Assembly (NCBI GenBank): GCA_963702425.1
Contig: CAVPCQ010000016.1
Span: forward strand, 195,347 to 259,346
Length of the DNA stretch: 64,000 bases
Direction: 5' to 3'
From: an uncultured Acidobacteriota bacterium
GTDB taxonomy: Bacteria; Acidobacteriota; Polarisedimenticolia; J045
The notes beneath the pieces are model-generated. The model was not told the origin of the DNA and made no database searches. It saw only the letters and a list, made by a program, of their open reading frames with translations. The translations under genes and the position numbers were made by a program. Below are positions 9,081-18,626 of the stretch, in pieces. Each line of letters opens with the position of its first letter. The first letter of the stretch is position 1.

Positions 9081-9881
9081 ATGCGCCGCGTTCTTCCGCT
9101 CCTCTCCGTGACGGTCCTTGTCGCCATCCTCGCCGCGCTCGCGGTCGCGCCGGCGCTCGCCCGGCAGAACAAACCGGCAGCCGATCCGGCCGCCCAGGCC
9201 GCTGCCGAAGCCGAGGCTGCGGCCGCGGCGGCAGCCGAGGCCGACGCCACGGCCGAGGCCGACGCCACCGCCGAAGCCGTGATCGACGAGATGGTGACCG
9301 AGGAGCCGATCATCGAGCTCGAGAGCGACATCCTGGCCCGCTTCCCCGAGGTGGCCGAGGCGCTGGCCGCCGTCGAGGCCGACCGGACGAACTCCGAACT
9401 CTGGCGCGTGCTCGGGGTGCGGCTGACCAATCGTGCCGGCTTCAAGGACGGGATCGAGGCGCTGAACGAAGCGACCGATCTCGACAAGAACAACGTCGCG
9501 GCGTGGAACGATCTCGGCACCGCCTACATCCGCAGCGGGAAGGCCAGCAGCGGAATGAGCGCGATCCGGCGCGCGCTGAAGCTCGAGCCGTTTTCGGCCG
9601 TGGCGCACTACAACCTCGGCATCGGCTACCAGGCGCAGGGGAACTACGACGCGGCGATCCAGTCGTTCGAAACCGCGCTGCTGCTGGACCCGAGCCTGGC
9701 CGACGTCAAGCGCAACCCGGGCGCCCTGACCAACCCGGCGCTCCCCTACGTGCAGCTCGGTGTCTACATGAAGCGTGAGGGGGCCGCTCCGGCGCTCTTC
9801 ATGGACCAGGCGCCGCCGCAGGGGCTGGTGAAACCGGACGCCGCTGCTGCGCCCGCCGCACCCGCGGCCCCTGCGAAGTAG
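9081..9881 (+). CDS. Exported tetratricopeptide-repeat protein
   Basis: Signal peptide, Ala/Glu linker (AEADAT x2), TPRs AWNDLGTAY and AHYNLGIGY. Confidence 0.8.
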   Translation: MRRVLPLLSVTVLVAILAALAVAPALARQNKPAADPAAQAAAEAEAAAAAAAEADATAEADATAEAVIDEMVTEEPIIELESDILARFPEVAEALAAVEADRTNSELWRVLGVRLTNRAGFKDGIEALNEATDLDKNNVAAWNDLGTAYIRSGKASSGMSAIRRALKLEPFSAVAHYNLGIGYQAQGNYDAAIQSFETALLLDPSLADVKRNPGALTNPALPYVQLGVYMKREGAAPALFMDQAPPQGLVKPDAAAAPAAPAAPAK

Positions 9882-9890
9882 CCGCGCGCG

Positions 9891-10481
9891 CTACGTGCGC
9901 GCCTCGAGCCCGAGCAGCATCAGGTCGAAGAGCGGCTCGAGCAGGGCCATCGGCTCCGTCCCGTGCGTCACTTCGGCATACAGCGCCGGGATCAGGAGCG
10001 TGCGCATCGCGGCCTGGATCGCCGACGCGGTGGTCGCACGCGGCTCGATCTTCCGGAAGAGCCCGCTGCTTTCGCCGTCGACCAGGACCTCCTCGATCAG
10101 CTCGCGCTCGGCCTTCGAGTACGGGTGGTTGGGCTGCTGGTAGATGATCGCCGTCAGCTCCTCGAGCACGTCACGGTGCACGCCGAGCAGGTCCTTGAGC
10201 TGGGTGATGACACGCAGCCGCGCGTCGGCCATCGCGCGCAGCTTGCGGCGCGGGTCGTCCTGGCCCTCGACCGCGCCGCGCATCGCGGCCAGCACCTGGT
10301 CGAGGTCGCGCTGCAGGACGAGATCGAACAGCTCCTGCTTGCCGCCGGGGACGTAGTAGTAGAGCGCACCTTTCACGACGCCGAGTTCGGCCGCGATCTC
10401 GGAGAGGGAGGCCTTGCGGAACCCGAAGCGCGCGAAATGACGCCGGGCGGCGTCGAGGATCCGTTCCTTCGTGAGCTTCAT
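9891..10481 (-). CDS. TetR/AcrR family transcriptional regulator
   Basis: KERILDAARRHFARFGFRKASLSEIAAELGVVKGALYYY helix-turn-helix. Confidence 0.92.
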   Translation of the reverse strand: MKLTKERILDAARRHFARFGFRKASLSEIAAELGVVKGALYYYVPGGKQELFDLVLQRDLDQVLAAMRGAVEGQDDPRRKLRAMADARLRVITQLKDLLGVHRDVLEELTAIIYQQPNHPYSKAERELIEEVLVDGESSGLFRKIEPRATTASAIQAAMRTLLIPALYAEVTHGTEPMALLEPLFDLMLLGLEART

Positions 10482-10589
10482 GATTTGACCCTTCTACCGA
10501 AACAGTCGAGCAAGTCCCGGCTAGCCGAGACTACCCTTTTCTTGCCGATTTGACCACGGACAGGCCCGCGCCGGGCGGCCTCCGAACCG

Positions 10590-12689
10590 TCAAAGGTCGC
10601 GCCGCGCGCGGATCAGGACCGGATCTCCCGGAGCCCGGCGAAGCAGCTCGTCGAGCTCCGCCCGGGCTTCGTCGGCCTGTCCCTGTTTCTTCAGCACGGC
10701 GGCCAGCCCCTCGACCGCGCCGCGCTCGGTCGGCCGGAGCGCCAGCGCCTTCCGGTATGAGGCGAGCGCCCCGGCGTCATCGCCGAGTGCCGCGCGGGCA
10801 TCGCCATCCAGCGCCCACCCCTCGGCATCGCGCGGATGCTCTTTCAGGTAGGCCGCCAGGCGCTGCGCGGCCGCCTGCGGCTGCCCGGCCTTGATCTCGG
10901 TGCCGGCCAGTCGCGTCTCGATCCCGACGTAGCCCGGCAGCAGGCCCGACAGGCGGATCCAGAGCGCACGCGCGTCGAGCGGCCGGTCCTTCCCCTCCAG
11001 GTAGGTGCTGTAGCTGCGGTAGCCGAGGTAGAAGGTCGGGTGCCGCTCGATCGTCCGGCGGTACCAGAGCTCGGCGTCCGCGTCGCGGCCGGCCCGCTCG
11101 CAGGCCTGGGCGAGCTTGAGCAGCACCTGCGGGTTGTCGGGATCAGTGACCGTGAGCTTCGTGAGCAGCTTGACCGCCGCGTCGGGCTGACCGGCGCGCA
11201 TCAGTTCCTGGGCCCGGTCGAAGCGCTGGTAGTCCTCCATCGCGTCGCGCGGATTGCGGCCCGTCAGACCAGGGAGCGCCTCCTCGCCCGAGCTTTCCCC
11301 GCCTGGACCTCCGGCGGCATAGCCGAGACTCTCGAGCCGCGCGATCGTCTCGGGGTCGGTCCCGCCGCCGAACCCGGCGGCGGCGGAGAGACGCTCGTGG
11401 CGCACCAGTCCGGTTGCCATCTCGCGCAGCGAGCGCTGCATGGTGGCCGCACGCGCCGGCTCGCCCGGCGCGAGGTTCTTCCCTTCCTTCGGGTCGGCGG
11501 CCAGGTCGTAGAGCTCGGGACGCGTCGACTCGATGTACTTGCCGTCGCCGTCGCGCTGCGCGTAGAGCGCGGACCAGCCGAACTCCTCGTAGGGGTAGAG
11601 CGTCTCGGCGTAGAGCGTGCGGACCGGCGCCGCCCGAGCCGCTTGCGACGGCGGCCCGGCGGGCCGGGCCGCCGCGGCGAAGAGGTCGCGCCCCTCGGTC
11701 TCGCGGGGCGGCGGCTCGCCGAGCAGCGCGAGCGCGGTCGGAACGACGTCGACGACGCTGGCCAGCTCCTCCACCACCGTTCCGGGCGCGACCTTTCCCG
11801 GCGCGACGACGAAGAACGGGATGGCCAGCGTCTCCTGGTAGAGCAGCAGGCCGTGCTCGTCCTCGCCGTGCGTGCCGAGCCCCTCGCCGTGATCGGCCAG
11901 CACCACGATCGCGGTCCGCCCCGCCGCCCCGGACTTCTCGAGCGCGAGGATCAGCTCCCCGACCAGGTGGTCGGTGAGCGCGACCTCGCCGCTGTAGGGA
12001 TCGCCCGGGTGACGCTCGCGGAACGGCGAGGGGGGCGAGTACGGGGTGTGCGCGTCGAACAGGTGGACCCAGACGAAGAACGGCTTGCCGCCGTGCTCGG
12101 CCAGCCAGCTCGCCGCGTGCGCGGCCGTCTCCGGCCCCGGGCGCTGGGTGCGCCGGGCGCCGGTGTCGTCGTTCCCCAGGTCGTCGTCGAACAGCTCGAA
12201 GCCCTGGCCCAGCCCGAACTGGCTCGAGGTGGTGAAGGACGAGACGAAGGCCGCGGTCGCCCGTCCGTGGCCGCCGAGCAGCTCGGCCAGCGTCGTGACG
12301 TCCTCCGGCAGCCGGAAGCGGGCGTTGTTGCGCACGCCGTGCGACGGCGGGTAGAGCCCCGAGAGGATCGAGGCGTGGGCCGGCGTCGTCAGCGGCACGG
12401 TGGTCCAGGCGTGCACGACGCGCGCCCCCTTCGCGGCCAGCGCGTCGAGGTGCGGCGTGGCCACCGGGGAGGGGCCGTAGCTCGAGACGTGGTCGGCGCG
12501 CAGCGTGTCGAGCGTGATCAGCAGCAGCGAGTCGGGCCCGCCGGCGGCGGGCGCGGCCGGGTCGCGGCGATCGCCACGGCCACCGCTGCAGGAGAGGCAC
12601 CACGCCGCGGCGAGGACGGCCAGCATGGCGACGCCCCCGGCCGCGGCGAACGAACGCACGAAGAATCGACCGTCAGGCCGACAGCTCAT
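10590..12689 (-). CDS. Sulfatase-like (alkaline phosphatase superfamily) hydrolase with C-terminal TPRs, probable lipoprotein
   Basis: LITLDTLRAD, PLTTPAHASILSG, FFVWVHLFDAH, ADHGE, ELYDL..DP; start uncertain. Confidence 0.85.
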   Translation of the reverse strand: MSCRPDGRFFVRSFAAAGGVAMLAVLAAAWCLSCSGGRGDRRDPAAPAAGGPDSLLLITLDTLRADHVSSYGPSPVATPHLDALAAKGARVVHAWTTVPLTTPAHASILSGLYPPSHGVRNNARFRLPEDVTTLAELLGGHGRATAAFVSSFTTSSQFGLGQGFELFDDDLGNDDTGARRTQRPGPETAAHAASWLAEHGGKPFFVWVHLFDAHTPYSPPSPFRERHPGDPYSGEVALTDHLVGELILALEKSGAAGRTAIVVLADHGEGLGTHGEDEHGLLLYQETLAIPFFVVAPGKVAPGTVVEELASVVDVVPTALALLGEPPPRETEGRDLFAAAARPAGPPSQAARAAPVRTLYAETLYPYEEFGWSALYAQRDGDGKYIESTRPELYDLAADPKEGKNLAPGEPARAATMQRSLREMATGLVRHERLSAAAGFGGGTDPETIARLESLGYAAGGPGGESSGEEALPGLTGRNPRDAMEDYQRFDRAQELMRAGQPDAAVKLLTKLTVTDPDNPQVLLKLAQACERAGRDADAELWYRRTIERHPTFYLGYRSYSTYLEGKDRPLDARALWIRLSGLLPGYVGIETRLAGTEIKAGQPQAAAQRLAAYLKEHPRDAEGWALDGDARAALGDDAGALASYRKALALRPTERGAVEGLAAVLKKQGQADEARAELDELLRRAPGDPVLIRARRDL

Positions 12690-14160
12690 CCAGCACCGCG
12701 CCGAGCAGATCGTAGAACCGCCCCGCCGACGCGGCGTGGACCTTCTCGCCGGGCGCGTGCACGCCGCGGATGTCCGGTCCGAACGAGACCATGTCCATCC
12801 CGGGCACGCGGTCGCCGATGAGACCGCACTCGAGCCCGGCGTGGATCGCCGTGACTTCGGGCACCTTGCCGTAGAGCTTCTCGAAGGTGCGCTGGGTCGC
12901 CGCCAGCGACTTGGAGGCCATGTCGGGCTTCCAGCCGGGATAGCCGCCCAGGTCGGTGGCCTCGACGCCGGCCAGGCGTGCGACCGCCAGCAGCTGGTCG
13001 ACGATGTCCTGCAACGCCGGCGCGCTGGAGGAGCGCGCGAGGTTGGCGATTTCGACCGTGTCGCCGGTCGTGTTGATCACGCCCAGGTTGGTCGAGCTCT
13101 CGACGAGCCCCTTGATGTCCATGCTCATCGCGACCACGCCGGTCGGCGTCGCGCGCAGCAGGTCGACCAGCCGGCGCGAGTCGGTCTCGCCGAACGCGCC
13201 GCCGGACGCGGCAGCCGCCTTCTCCGGGGCGCCGACCGCGATCCTCAGCCCGTCGTCGAGCCCCTTGTACTGCTCGGCCAGCTCCTTCCGCGCGGCCTCG
13301 ATCCCCTTGCGGAACGCGGCCTCTCCGGCCGCCTCGACGAACACGACCGCGTGCGCGTCGCGCGGGATCGCGTTGCGCTTGTTGCCGCCGTCGATCGAGG
13401 CCAGGCGATACGCGCCCCCCTTGCCGCCCTGGTCCAGGGCGCGAGCCAGGGCGCGGATCGCGTTGAGCCGGTTGCTGTTGATCTCCAGCCCCGAGTGGCC
13501 TCCCTTGAGGCCTCCGACCGTCACCTGAAGCGCGACCCAGCCCGCCGGCGCCGGGGTGCGCGCGGCCTTGAAGGTGTGCTTGACGTCGCGGCCGCCGGCG
13601 CAGCCGACGAAGAGGATCCCCTCGTCCTCGGAGTCGAGGTTGATCATCATCCGGCCGGCGAGCAGCTTCGGATCGAGGCCCGCGGCGCCGGTCATGCCGG
13701 TCTCCTCGTCGATCGTCATCAGCAGCTCGAGCGGGCCGTGCTTGACCGCCTTGTCGCCGGCGAGCGCGAGCATCGTCGCGATCGCGATCCCGTTGTCGGC
13801 GCCGAGCGTGGTCCCCTCCGCGGTCAGCCAGTCGCCGTCCTTGACGACGTGGATCCGGCCCTGCTCGGGGTCGTAACTGCTGGCCGGGTCCTTCTCGCAG
13901 ACCATGTCGAGGTGCCCCTGCAGGACGATCGTCGGGGCCTTCTCGCGGCCGGGCGAGGCCGGCACGCGCACGACGAGGTTCCCGACCGCGTCGCGCGCGG
14001 TCGCGAGGCCGAGCGACTTCGCGTGCTGGAGGACGTACTCCGCCATCCGCTCCTCCTTGCCGGAGGGGCGCGGGATCTCGGTGATGTGCAGGAAGTGGTG
14101 CCAGAGCTCGGCGGGCGTCAGCCCGTGGAAAACGCGGTTGTGCTCGTGGTCGTGACCCAT
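12673..14160 (-). CDS. pepD: Aminoacyl-histidine dipeptidase (M20C)
   Basis: IPRPSGKE, LQGHLDMVCEK, TTLGADNGI, DEETGMTGA, NLDSED, IHAGLECG. Confidence 0.93.
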   Translation of the reverse strand: MGHDHEHNRVFHGLTPAELWHHFLHITEIPRPSGKEERMAEYVLQHAKSLGLATARDAVGNLVVRVPASPGREKAPTIVLQGHLDMVCEKDPASSYDPEQGRIHVVKDGDWLTAEGTTLGADNGIAIATMLALAGDKAVKHGPLELLMTIDEETGMTGAAGLDPKLLAGRMMINLDSEDEGILFVGCAGGRDVKHTFKAARTPAPAGWVALQVTVGGLKGGHSGLEINSNRLNAIRALARALDQGGKGGAYRLASIDGGNKRNAIPRDAHAVVFVEAAGEAAFRKGIEAARKELAEQYKGLDDGLRIAVGAPEKAAAASGGAFGETDSRRLVDLLRATPTGVVAMSMDIKGLVESSTNLGVINTTGDTVEIANLARSSSAPALQDIVDQLLAVARLAGVEATDLGGYPGWKPDMASKSLAATQRTFEKLYGKVPEVTAIHAGLECGLIGDRVPGMDMVSFGPDIRGVHAPGEKVHAASAGRFYDLLGAVLDELSA

Positions 14161-14312
14161 CGAACGAGCCTCCTGGGGTGCCGGCGGTGCGGCGGAAAGG
14201 ACCGCGCATTCTACCCGCAGCCGGGGGCGCCCGCCCTCCGCGTTCCCTTCGGCCCGGCGATCCGGCAGAATAGGTGGTCGGCCCCCCGCCCGAGGGGGCC
14301 AGGAGGCCCGTC

Positions 14313-14918
14313 ATGAGCCGCACCCTGGTCGTGATCCTGATCATCCTCGCGATCATCGTCGTCCCGGTGATCCTGATCGGTTCGTGGTTCGCGCGGAACT
14401 TCAACCAGCTGGTCCAGATGGACGAGCAGGTCAACGGCGCCTGGAGCCAGGTCGAGAACGCCTACCAGCGCCGGATGGACCTGATCCCCAACCTCGTCGA
14501 AACCGTCAAGGGGGCCGCCGCGTTCGAGAAGGGCACCTTCACCGAGGTCACCGAGGCGCGAGCCAAGGCCGGCTCGATCAAGATGACCCCCGAGCTGCTC
14601 AAGGACCCGACGGCGTTCTCCAAGTGGGAAGCGGCGCAGGGCGAGCTCTCGGGCGCGCTCTCGCGGTTGCTCGTCACGGTCGAGAACTACCCCGAGCTGA
14701 AGGCCAACCAGAACTTCCTCGACCTGCAGACGCAACTGGAGGGGACGGAGAACCGGATCGCGACCGCGCGCCAGCGGTTCAACGAGACGGTCCAGGGGTA
14801 CAACGCCCGGGTCCGCAGCTTCCCGACCTCGGTCGTCGCCTCCTTCACCGGCTTCGCGCAGCGCCCGTACTTCCAGGCCAAGCCGGGAGCCGACACCGCG
14901 CCGGCGGTGAAGTTCTGA
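14313..14918 (+). CDS. lemA: LemA family protein
   Basis: QRRMDLIPNLVETVKG, ENYPELKANQNFLDLQ..LEGTENRI; SD AGGAGG. Confidence 0.93.
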   Translation: MSRTLVVILIILAIIVVPVILIGSWFARNFNQLVQMDEQVNGAWSQVENAYQRRMDLIPNLVETVKGAAAFEKGTFTEVTEARAKAGSIKMTPELLKDPTAFSKWEAAQGELSGALSRLLVTVENYPELKANQNFLDLQTQLEGTENRIATARQRFNETVQGYNARVRSFPTSVVASFTGFAQRPYFQAKPGADTAPAVKF

Positions 14919-15730
14919 CCGCTCGCCTCCGCCGCGCGCCGCGAGGCGCCCGCCTGCTGACGGTCGCGCTGCTGCTGGCGGCGACGGGGGTGGTCTACGC
15001 GCTGCCGATCCCGCCGCCGCCGCCGCGTTTCCTGCACGACGGCGCAGGACTGCTCTCTCCGGACGACCGAGCCCGGGTCGAGGCCAAGCTGGGCGAGCTC
15101 GACGCGAAGCAGGGGCTGCAGGTCGGCGTGGTGATCCTGCCGTCGCTCGAGGGGGAGATCCTCGAGGAGTACACGCGCAAGGTCGGGGAGGCTTGGAAGC
15201 CCGGCCTTCGAGAGAAGGACGACGGGGTGATCGTCGCGATCTTCCCGAACGACCGGAAGGTGCGGATCGAGGTCGGAACGGACCTCGAGGGGGCGGTCCC
15301 GGACGTGATCGCGGGGCGGCTGATCCGCAACGTGCTCGGCCCGGCCTTTCGACAGGGACGCTACGCCGACGGCCTGATCGCGGTGCTGGACGGTCTCGGC
15401 GCGGCGGCCCGCGGCGACACGACGCCGCTCGGGCGGGACGAGCGCCAGCGCACGCGCGAGTTCCGGCCCGCGATCTGGTTGCTGCTCGGCTTCCTCGCGC
15501 TGGTGATCCTCGCTTCGATGATGTCCCGGCGCTCGGCCAGCTCGCGCGACCTCTACCGCCGCGGGCGCCGCGTCGGCACCGGCAGCGGTCCGTGGTGGTT
15601 CCCGCCGAGCGGCGGGAGCTGGGGTGGTGGCAGCGGATCCGGCGGCGGCGGTGGCGGGTGGAGCGGCGGCGGCGGCGGATTCGGCGGCGGCGGCGGGTTC
15701 GGCGGCGGCGGCGCCTCGGGAGGGTGGTGA
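14915..15730 (+). CDS. TPM-domain (YgcG-like) membrane protein with Gly-rich tail
   Basis: DRKVRIEVG..LEG, TM helix, GGGFGGGGASGGW C-terminus; start uncertain. Confidence 0.85.
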   Translation: MTARLRRAPRGARLLTVALLLAATGVVYALPIPPPPPRFLHDGAGLLSPDDRARVEAKLGELDAKQGLQVGVVILPSLEGEILEEYTRKVGEAWKPGLREKDDGVIVAIFPNDRKVRIEVGTDLEGAVPDVIAGRLIRNVLGPAFRQGRYADGLIAVLDGLGAAARGDTTPLGRDERQRTREFRPAIWLLLGFLALVILASMMSRRSASSRDLYRRGRRVGTGSGPWWFPPSGGSWGGGSGSGGGGGGWSGGGGGFGGGGGFGGGGASGGW

Positions 15731-16428
15731 TGGACGCGCCCGACCTCGCACCGATCCTCCGCGGACGGCGGCTGGCCCGCTGGGGCCGGCTGCTGTTCCT
15801 GGTCGCCCTGGCGCTGGTCGTGGCCGGGCTGGCCGACCTGGCGTCGCTCTGGTGGATGGCGCAGCAGGTCCCGACGACCTGGGAGGAGCAGCCGCTGCTG
15901 CTCGGCCTGGGCGCCTTCTTCATCGCGCTGGCGCTGTTGCTGGCCGGGCTCGGCCTGTGGATGCAGGCGCTGGGCGCGCGGCGCGCGCGCACCACGCCGG
16001 CGGCCTTCCTTCCGCCGGACGAGGAGCGGCGGGTGGTCGAGGAGATCCGCCGCTTCGAAGCGCGTTCGTCGGGCGAGATCGTCGTCCACCTCTGCGGGCG
16101 GTGCCGCTCGGGCGAGATCATGCGCGACGCCGCCGAGACCTTCGGCCGCCTCGGGCTGACGCGGACGCGCGACCGCAACGCCGTCCTGTTCTTCATCGCC
16201 GTGCGTGACCACCGCTTCGCGGTGCTCGGCGACAGCGGGATCGACGAACGTGTCCCGCCCGGCTTCTGGGACGAGGTGGTGGGAAGCGTCGAGCGCCACT
16301 TCGGCGAGGGCCGCTTCGGCGAGGGGCTGGCGGCCGGGATCGATCTCGCAGGCGAGGCACTCGCCCGTTACTTCCCGCCGCGCCCGGACGACCGCAACGA
16401 GTTGTCCGACGCGATCTCCCGCACCTGA
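15730..16428 (+). CDS. Second TPM-domain membrane protein
   Basis: E.RSSGEIVV, TRDRNAVLFFIA, GDSGID, DDRNELSD. Confidence 0.85.
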   Translation: MDAPDLAPILRGRRLARWGRLLFLVALALVVAGLADLASLWWMAQQVPTTWEEQPLLLGLGAFFIALALLLAGLGLWMQALGARRARTTPAAFLPPDEERRVVEEIRRFEARSSGEIVVHLCGRCRSGEIMRDAAETFGRLGLTRTRDRNAVLFFIAVRDHRFAVLGDSGIDERVPPGFWDEVVGSVERHFGEGRFGEGLAAGIDLAGEALARYFPPRPDDRNELSDAISRT

Positions 16429-16435
16429 GGGGTCG

Positions 16436-17783
16436 ATGGCCGACGCGCGCGACCGATCCGCGGAAGCGGGGCTGCCCGGGACCGAGTTTGCGTCGCGCCG
16501 CGCGCGCGTGCTGGAGGCCCTGGGGACCGACGCGCTGGTCCTGGGGGCCGGGTCGCCGGTCCCCTACGCGCGCGACGTCGAGCACCGCTTCCGCGTCGAC
16601 AGCGACTTCTTCTACCTGACCGGTCTCGTGGAGCCGGGTGCGGTGTTGGTGCTGCGCGGTGGCGCCGAGCAGCCGTTCACGCTCTTCGTGCGCCCGCGCG
16701 ACCCGGAGCGCGAGGTCTGGACCGGACCGCGGATCGGACCGGAGGGGGCCGTCACGCGGTACGGTGCGGACCGCGCCTTCGCGGTCGGGGAACTGGGCCC
16801 GCGGCTGTCGGACCTGCTCGACGGCGCCGAGCGGCTCCACTTCGCGCCGTGGAAGATCCCGGCGCTGGACCACGCGGTGCAGCGCGCGCTGGGCGAGCTG
16901 GCGCAGAAGGAAGCACAGGGACGGCGAGCGCCGGGGGCGTTCGTCCTGCCCGGGGAACTGCTGCACGAGCTGCGCCTCGTCAAGTCGCCGGCGGAGCTCG
17001 CCGCGCTCGCGCGGGCCGCGGAGATCACAGCGCGCGGCGTCGCCGCGGGGATCGCGCGCGTCGGCCCGGGCCGATACGAGGTACCAGGTCCAGGCCGCGG
17101 TGGAGCGGGCCTTCCTCGAGGCCGGGGCCACCGGGCCGGCCTTCCCGACGATCGTCGCCGCCGGCGCCAACGCCTGCTGCCTGCACTACGTCGACAACCG
17201 CGCGGCGATCGGGGCCGGCGACCTGGTGCTGATCGACGCCGGCGCCGAGCACGCGCTCTACAACGGCGACATCTCGCGCACCGTGCCGGCGAGCGGACGG
17301 TTCTCCGCGGCGCAGCGGGCGCTCTACGAGATCGTGCTCGCGGCCGAGGAGGCGGCGATCGCCGCGGTCCGCCCGGGGGGCACGCTGCACGCGGTGCACG
17401 ACGCGGCGCTCGCCGTGCTGGTCCGCGGGCTGGTCGATCTCGGCCTGCTCGCCGGCGACCCGGCGCTGCTGATCGAGACCCGCGCCGACCGGCGCTTCAC
17501 CATGCACCGGACCTCGCACTGGCTGGGGATGGACGTGCACGACGTCGGCCGCACGCACCGGGCCGGTGCACCGCGCCCGCTCGTGCCGGGGATGGTCTTC
17601 ACGATCGAGCCGGGGCTCTACCTCGTCCCGGGGAGCGAAGGTGTCTCGCCGGAGTTCGCCGGCCTCGGGATCCGCCTCGAGGACGACGTCGTCGTCACCG
17701 TTGATGGGTGCGAGGTGCTCACGCGCGGCGTCCCGATCGCGGCCGACGAGGTGGCGGCACTCGTCGCTGCGGAGGGTCCTTGA
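16436..17783 (+). CDS. pepP: Xaa-Pro aminopeptidase (M24B), apparent frameshift ~17080
   Basis: FRVDSDFFYLTG; second frame CLHY, LIDAG, GDISRT, HRTSHWLGMDVHD, TIEPGLY, GIRLEDD. Confidence 0.88.
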
Positions 17784-18626
17784 ACGACGACCGGCCGGGG
17801 CCGCCCTCGCTGCCGCCCGATCCAACGACCCACCCGGACCGCCCGATCCAGCCGACCTCCGGACCGCCCGATCCAGCCGACCCGCCCGATCGCCCCAACC
17901 CGTTCCGTCCCGCCGGCGCGGCCCCCGCAGAGCGGGACTTCCCCGCCCCGCCCTGGGGCGTCGCCGGCGTGCTGATCGGCCTCGCGCCGGTGCTGGCGAT
18001 GACGCTGCTCCCGCTGCTGGCGGGGGTGAGCGCCGACCTGGAGGCGATCGAGTCGCTCACCCTCCGGGAGCGCTACTTCGGATTCTTCTTCGTGCAGGGC
18101 CTGCTGGCGGGGATCGCGATCGTGGCGGCGCTGGCGTCGCGCGGCGGTCTCGCAGCGCTCGGCTTCCGGCGCCCCGGCGCCGCCGGCACTGCTCGTCCCG
18201 GCCGCGGGCGGCGCGGGGCTGGTCGGCGCTTCGACCTTCTGGGCGCTTTCGCTCGAACGGTTCGCCCCCGCCGCGTACGCCGAGATGCTGGCCGAGCAGG
18301 CGCAGCAGATGGACCTGCTCGCCGCACCCTGGCCGCTGCTGCTGCTGGCCGCCGTGATCGCCGCGCCGCTGGCCGAGGAGCTCTACTTCCGCGGCTTCGT
18401 CTACGGCGGCCTGCGGCGCGACCTGCCGTTCGCGGTCGCCTCGGGCCTGTCCGCCGCGATCTTCTCCGGGATCCACCTGATGGCCTGGTCGACGGTGCCG
18501 CTCTTCCTGGTCGGGCTGGCGGCGGCCGTTGCCTACGAGCGCTACCGGACGCTCTGGGCGCCGCTCGCGCTCCACGCCGCATTCAACGGGACGGCGCTGG
18601 CCGTCGAGCTGCTGGCCGGGCCGTGA
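17780..18626 (+). CDS. CPBP (CAAX/Abi) intramembrane metalloprotease, apparent frameshift ~18180-18240
   Basis: APLAEELYFRG, FSGIH, LHAAFN motifs. Confidence 0.8.

Noticed and set aside
15610-15730. GGC-rich low-complexity tract
   Set aside because: It encodes the normal Gly-rich tail of TPM/YgcG proteins.
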